Assembly: GCA_963804645.1 (NCBI GenBank)
Contig: CAWDRG010000005.1
Location: 96,001 to 160,000 of the forward strand
Direction: 5' to 3'
DNA: 64,000 bases
Source of the DNA: an uncultured Bacillota bacterium
Lineage (GTDB): Bacteria; Sysuimicrobiota; Sysuimicrobiia; Sysuimicrobiales; Segetimicrobiaceae
Program-made: the position numbers and the translations under genes
The notes under the pieces: generated by a model
Told to the model about the DNA's origin: nothing
What the model saw: the letters and a program-made list of their open reading frames with translations, nothing else
Databases searched by the model: none
Shown here: one piece after another, positions 59,016 to 64,000 of the stretch
Layout: each line of letters begins with the position of its first letter
Numbering within the stretch: position 1 is the stretch's first letter

Positions 59016-60627
59016 TTAGCGCGGGGTGGGTCCGAACTGGAACTGCGATGCGACGCCCGCGAGCGTGTTGACGTTTAGGGTGATGTAGATCGTGTTGGTG
59101 GAGGGATTGCTTGGGAAGACCCGGTACAGAAGCCCAATCGAGAGGCAGTCGCATGTCGCATTCACGGCGAAGTCGACCTCGCCTAACTGCCCCGTACTGA
59201 GGGTGTAATTGGCGGACGTCGTGAACAACACGGACGGGCTGATCTGGAAGTTCACGCTGGCATTCGCGGACAGCTGCTGCCCGTAGAAGTCGTAGGCGAA
59301 ACTGAGCGTCCCCGACTGGAACAGACCCCTCGACGGATAGTAGGAATAGCTCACGTTGATCGAGCTGTCCGGGCTCGTCGAATCAAACTCAAACGGCGTG
59401 AACGGCCCGTTGAGCACGGCCCCGGGCGGCGCGACACCGGTGACCGCGGTCGAGTTGTACGACAGGGTAACCGAACTCGTGGGGTTGAGGATCTGCGTCA
59501 GGGCGGTCGAGAAGTTAAAGACGTTCCGCTGGACGCCCGTTCCCGTAGTAGTCATATTGGTAATAGGCGCTCGCCGCCAGGCTGAGCACATTCGACAGCT
59601 CAAGCGTGCGGGTCTGCAGGTAGACGATTCCATCGGCACGGGTGGTGTCCACACCCGTTGCGAGTTCGTCGTAGTCGCCGTAGTGCGCCTGCACCTCATA
59701 CGCATCCGGGAGGTCGTCGACCGGATGCGTGTCGTAATAGAGGCTGAGCGAGTTCTGATTCAGGTTAATCAGGTTGCCGTTCTGGTCATACGTCTCCTGC
59801 CGCCCAAGGTGAAGCGTCCACGTGTGATCCGCGGCGGGCAGGGTCGCCACGTCCTCGGCGGTAAACTGCGTGATCGTCCCGTAGCGAAACCGCAGCTGAT
59901 CGGAGACGTCGCCGAGCGGAAACCACTGGGCGTAGTCGATGAAGAGCCCGTCCAGATTGTTGTACCCGAACGTCGGACCGCTCTGCGCCTGACGGTTCTT
60001 CTTCAGCGACGCGGTGTAGACGGGCAGGGTGACCACGCGCACGCCGTAAACGTAGAGCGACGAATTGTACGCGGTGAAATACTCGTCCGGCACGATCAGC
60101 ACGTGGTCCGACGTCACGTGAAAGAACGGGTGCGTCGGATCGCACGGCGTCATCGTCACCATCCGGGCCGTGCCGGTGCCGTTGCCCTGCGTGTCGAGCA
60201 GTTGGGTCTTCACGTTCCAGGGGCCGTACTTGGTCGTCACCTGTCCCATGTGCCCGACCCGCGTGCGGTAGTTGTACATGAGCGAGTCGCCGCTCGCCGA
60301 CTGCGTGCCCTCCACCAGCGTGACGTGGCCCTGCGCGTCCACCTCCCCGGTCTGAAGATTGCCGGCGAGGTGGTCCGCGGTGATCGTCACGTCCTCCTGC
60401 GTCGCCTTCACGTGACCGTCGGCCACGACCGTGCCGGCCGCCGTGTCGTAGTCGATGTGGTCCGCTGACAGCGAAATCGGCGACGCCGAGACCGCCGCCG
60501 GAGCCGCCAGCGCGGGCAAGGCGGTGGAGGCCACGAGGAAGGCCAGCAGCAGCAGCGCGACGGCCTGGCGCGGACGGACGGCGCGCACCCGCCGCGCGAT
60601 CGCCCGGACCCAGGGTCCCCGTCTCAT
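59016..60627 (-). CDS. LptD/OstA-like outer-membrane assembly protein, split by a +1 frameshift near 59536
   Basis: Signal peptide; ISLSADHIDYD..ADGHV..ITAD jellyroll; TMTPCD..P.F; beta-strand-rich C-terminus with CDC; span 1612 nt = 537 codons + 1. Confidence 0.8.
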
Positions 60628-60689
60628 GACGGCGCGCTCCGTCCCACGGGCCGAGGCTGCGCAGCCCGACCGGCTCGGCTCATGTCCGC

Positions 60690-62081
60690 CTACCAGGAAA
60701 CGGGGGCGACCTCGGGATACCGACGCAGCGCGTCGGTCACGACTTGCTTCGCGCGCGCCAGCGCCTCGGGCGTGGTGCCCTCGGCCCGCGCCACGAGCAC
60801 CGGCTGCGTGTTGCTCGCCCGGATGAGCGCCCAGCCGTCCGGAAACACGATGCGGGCGCCGTCGACGTCGATCACCTGGTAGCGTCCCCGGAACTCCGCG
60901 GTGAGCGCCGCGACCACCTCAAACTTGCGGGCGTCCGGGCACGCGATGCGTGTCTCCGGCGTCACGTAATAGCGGGGAATCTCCCCGGCGAGGTCGGACA
61001 GCGTCCGATCCGAGTGGGACAAGAGGCGCAGCAGACGGCCGGCCGCGTACACGGCGTCGTCATAGCCGTAGTACTCGTCGGCGAAAAACATGTGCCCGGA
61101 CATCTCGCCCGCGAACACCGCGCCGACCTCCCGCATCCGCGCCTTGATCAGCGAGTGCCCGGTCCGGGTGAACTCGGTCCGGCCGCCGAGGCGGGTCACC
61201 TCGTCGATCAGCGCCTGCGAGCACTTGACCTCCACGAGCGCCAGCGCGCCCGGGTGCGCGGCGAGCACCTCGCGCCAAAACAGCGCCATCAGTTGATCGC
61301 CCCACAGGATCTCGCCCCGGTCGTCCACCACGCCGATGCGATCGCCGTCGCCGTCGATCCCGATGCCGAGATCGGCGCCCCGCGCCCGCACGAGCGCGAT
61401 GAGATCCGCGAGGTTGGCCGGCTCGACCGGGTCGGGATGGTGGTGCGGAAACGCCGGATCGGGATCGCAGTACAGCGGCAGGACCTCGCAGCCCCAGCCG
61501 CGGAGGATCTCGGGCGCGAACGCCCCGGCGGTGCCGTTGCCGCAGTCGAGCGCCACGCGCAGCCGGCGCGGCCCGAGGCGGATGCGCTCCCGGAGCATCG
61601 CCGCGTACGCGCCGGCGACCTCGCGCTGCTCGAGCCGGCCCGCGCCGGTACGCGTCGGTCCGCGCTCGCCGATCTCCCGGACCCGCTGCACCTCCGCGCC
61701 GTACAGGGTGCCCGGGCCGTACGCGAGCTTGAAGCCGTTGAACTCCGCCGGATTGTGGCTCGCCGTCACCATCATGCCCCCGCCGATCTCGAGGTGGCGC
61801 AGGGCGAAGTAGAAGATCGGAGAGAGCGCGAGCCCGATCGCGGTCACGTCGACGCCGGTCTCCCGCAGGCCGTGGATCGCCGCGGCGTACAGCGCCTCCG
61901 AACTCACGCGGTTGTCGTGTCCCACGACGGCGCGGTCGACGCCCGCGTCGCGGAGATACGTGCCGAACGCGCGGGCGATCACGTCCGCCGCCTCTGCGTC
62001 GAGCTCCCGCCCGACGACACCGCGGATATCGTACTCGCGAAAGATTCCCGCCGGCGGCCGCATCACGGAAGAGTTTCCCAC
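60690..62081 (-). CDS. Phosphomannomutase/phosphoglucomutase
   Basis: FREYDIRG, TASHNP, DGDGDR, GEMSGH, RASNTQP; GGAGGT RBS. Confidence 0.96.
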   Translation of the reverse strand: MGNSSVMRPPAGIFREYDIRGVVGRELDAEAADVIARAFGTYLRDAGVDRAVVGHDNRVSSEALYAAAIHGLRETGVDVTAIGLALSPIFYFALRHLEIGGGMMVTASHNPAEFNGFKLAYGPGTLYGAEVQRVREIGERGPTRTGAGRLEQREVAGAYAAMLRERIRLGPRRLRVALDCGNGTAGAFAPEILRGWGCEVLPLYCDPDPAFPHHHPDPVEPANLADLIALVRARGADLGIGIDGDGDRIGVVDDRGEILWGDQLMALFWREVLAAHPGALALVEVKCSQALIDEVTRLGGRTEFTRTGHSLIKARMREVGAVFAGEMSGHMFFADEYYGYDDAVYAAGRLLRLLSHSDRTLSDLAGEIPRYYVTPETRIACPDARKFEVVAALTAEFRGRYQVIDVDGARIVFPDGWALIRASNTQPVLVARAEGTTPEALARAKQVVTDALRRYPEVAPVSW

Positions 62082-62110
62082 GGACTCTACCTCCCCCTGC
62101 AGGAGGACGC

Positions 62111-62122
62111 TATAATGAAGGC
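62111..62122 (+). promoter_or_regulatory. -10 box of probable leaderless ABC transporter transcript
   Basis: TATAAT (62111-62116) then 6 nt then ATG 62123, within a 41-nt divergent spacer. Confidence 0.62.
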
Positions 62123-63880
62123 ATGACCGAACTGCGGCGGCTGGCGCAATTCGTCCGGCCGTACGGCGTGCAGTTGGGCGGGGGCATCGGCGCCGCGGTC
62201 CTGGTGGCCGTGGCGTGGCTGTACGTTCCCCGCTATCTCGGCGAGCAGGCCGACGTGATCATCAAGACGGGCAGCCTGGGGGTTCTGAACCACAGCGCGC
62301 TCGTCGTGCTGATCATTTACGTCGTGCGCAGCGTGGGCCTGTACATCCAGCTGTCCCTGCTCGCGTACGTCGGCCACCGGCTGGTCGCGGACCTCCGTGC
62401 GCGGATGTTCGCCCAGGTGCAGCGGTGGTCGCTCGACCGGTTCGTCACATGGCACAGCGGCGAGGTCATCTCGCGCGCGATCCAGGACACGCAGCTCATC
62501 GAAGCGCGCCTCCTCAGCGGCCTCGTCGATCTCGTCACGACCGTGCTGACGCTCGTCGGCATCATCATCATGGTGTTCACGATCGAATGGCGCCTGGCCC
62601 TGTTGATCTTTGTGACGCTGCCGCTGTTCTTCGGCGCCGCGCGTCTGTTTGGACGCGAGGTGCAGCGGACCTCGACCAGCGCCCAGCAGCAGGTCGCCGC
62701 GCTAACACGCCTCCTGAAGGAATCGATCGTCGGCGCGCGGATCATCCGGGCGTTTGTGCAGGAGCCGCGCGAAGAGCACCGCTTCTGGGTGGAGAACGAG
62801 CGCACGTTTTCGGCCAACTACACGATTCGCCGCCTGATCGCGCTTGAAGTATCGCTCGTGAGCCTCTTGACCGCGCTCGCGCTCGTGTTCGTGCTCTGGG
62901 CCGGCGCGCAGTACGTCGCGCGGCACCAGATGACCCCGGGCTCGCTACTGGCGTTCCTCGGCTACCTCGCGCTGGCGATGGATCCGGCGATGGGCGTCAC
63001 CCGGATCTACTCGGAGGCCCGTCAGGCGATGGCCGGGCTCGTGCGCGTCTTCGAAGTGCTGGACGTGCCCGAGACCGTCCACGAGGCGCCGGGTGCCGTC
63101 GCGCTGCCCCACCTGCGCGGCCACGTGCGGTTTCGCGATGTGTCGCTGGCCTACGAGCCGGGACGGTGGGCGCTGCGCGACGTGTCGCTCGAGGTCCGCC
63201 CGGGCGAGCACATCGCGATCGTGGGCCCGAGCGGCGCCGGCAAGACGAGCCTCGTCAACCTGATCCCGCGGTTCTACGACGCGACGGAGGGCACGGTCGA
63301 GATCGACGGCCACGACCTCCGGGGCGTCACGATCGCGTCGCTGCGCCGGCAGATCGGCCTCGTCCCCCAGGACGCGATCCTGTTCGCGGGAACCGTCGCG
63401 GAAAACATCGCCTACGGACGGCCGAACGCGCCGCGGGCGGAGATCGAAGCGGCGGCGCGCGTCGCCAGCGCGCACGTGTTCATCTCGGCGCTGCCGTCCG
63501 GCTACGACACCGTGCTCGGCGAGGGCGGCCTGCAGCTGTCCGGCGGCCAGCGGCAGCGCCTCGCCCTGGCGCGCGCGGTCATCAACGACCCCCCGGTGTA
63601 CATCCTGGATGAGGCGACGTCCGCGCTCGACAGCGAGTCAGAGGAGGCCATTCAGGAGGCGATGGCGCGCCTCACCGAGGACCGGACGACGTTCATCGTG
63701 GCCCACCGGCTGTCCACGGTCCGCAACGCCGACCGGATCGTCGTGATCATGGACGGCCGCATCGTCGAGGTCGGCCGCCACGACGAGCTGGCGGCCCGCG
63801 ACGGCATGTACAGCCGGCTCGTGCGCGGCCAGCTCATCGACGAAGCCGGCCGGGCGCCGAGCCCGGCCCCCACGGCATGA
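62123..63880 (+). CDS. ABC exporter, fused permease/ATPase (MsbA-like)
   Basis: TM domain; GPSGAGKT, VPQD, LSGGQ, ILDEATSALD, AHRLST. Confidence 0.93.
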   Translation: MTELRRLAQFVRPYGVQLGGGIGAAVLVAVAWLYVPRYLGEQADVIIKTGSLGVLNHSALVVLIIYVVRSVGLYIQLSLLAYVGHRLVADLRARMFAQVQRWSLDRFVTWHSGEVISRAIQDTQLIEARLLSGLVDLVTTVLTLVGIIIMVFTIEWRLALLIFVTLPLFFGAARLFGREVQRTSTSAQQQVAALTRLLKESIVGARIIRAFVQEPREEHRFWVENERTFSANYTIRRLIALEVSLVSLLTALALVFVLWAGAQYVARHQMTPGSLLAFLGYLALAMDPAMGVTRIYSEARQAMAGLVRVFEVLDVPETVHEAPGAVALPHLRGHVRFRDVSLAYEPGRWALRDVSLEVRPGEHIAIVGPSGAGKTSLVNLIPRFYDATEGTVEIDGHDLRGVTIASLRRQIGLVPQDAILFAGTVAENIAYGRPNAPRAEIEAAARVASAHVFISALPSGYDTVLGEGGLQLSGGQRQRLALARAVINDPPVYILDEATSALDSESEEAIQEAMARLTEDRTTFIVAHRLSTVRNADRIVVIMDGRIVEVGRHDELAARDGMYSRLVRGQLIDEAGRAPSPAPTA

Positions 63881-64000
63881 CCGTCGCGCTGAGCGTGATC
63901 ACCGCCACCCGCAACCGGGCGCCGGTGCTCGCGCGGTGCCTGGACGCGCTGCTCGCACAGGATCTCGACGCGGATCGGTACGAGGTCCTCATCGCGGACG
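63877..64000 (+). CDS. Family 2 glycosyltransferase (5' fragment)
   Basis: ATGA overlap; MTVALSVITATRNRAPVLARCLDALLAQD..YEVLIAD. Confidence 0.85.
   Translation, partial: MTVALSVITATRNRAPVLARCLDALLAQDLDADRYEVLIAD

Noticed and set aside
1..64000. rRNA, tRNA, integrase, transposase or prophage genes
   Set aside because: None recognised by eye; intergenic gaps are short. A tRNAscan/Infernal run would be needed to exclude small RNAs

Overview
GC-rich bacterial DNA, mostly one ~55 kb surface-glycan locus transcribed largely on the minus strand. Block A (1.6-33.5 kb) is a near-continuous operon with a UDP-sulfoquinovose synthase homologue, a pseudaminic-acid-type pathway (pseB, pseC, pseF-like, pseI, GNAT-PseG fusion) interleaved with an oxidoreductase, class III aminotransferase and SpsF-like cytidylyltransferase, CDP-glucose genes, a Wzx flippase, GTs, a Wzy-like protein and a FemAB-GNAT/deacetylase. 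It also holds the best candidate for an undescribed system: a cassette of divergent central-metabolism paralogues (CMP-ulosonate cytidylyltransferase, 2-hydroxyacid dehydrogenase, altered GAPDH, altered glycerate kinase, HpcH aldolase, methyltransferase, orphan GT-B protein). An RHH-RelE/ParE toxin-antitoxin pair separates it from block B (34.5-46.7 kb: Wzy-like, nucleotidyltransferase, epimerase, bi-domain oxidoreductase, priming transferase, GT4s, second Wzx). The rest is envelope genes (GT-C-like protein, 12-repeat NHL protein, Wzz, Wzy-like paralogues, O-antigen ligase, LptD-like protein, phosphomannomutase, MsbA-like ABC exporter) plus yitJ. Several genes are broken by extra bases, probably assembly indels, and several transcripts look leaderless. 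No rRNA, tRNA, CRISPR or IS element was recognised. All calls come from reading motifs by eye, without database searches.
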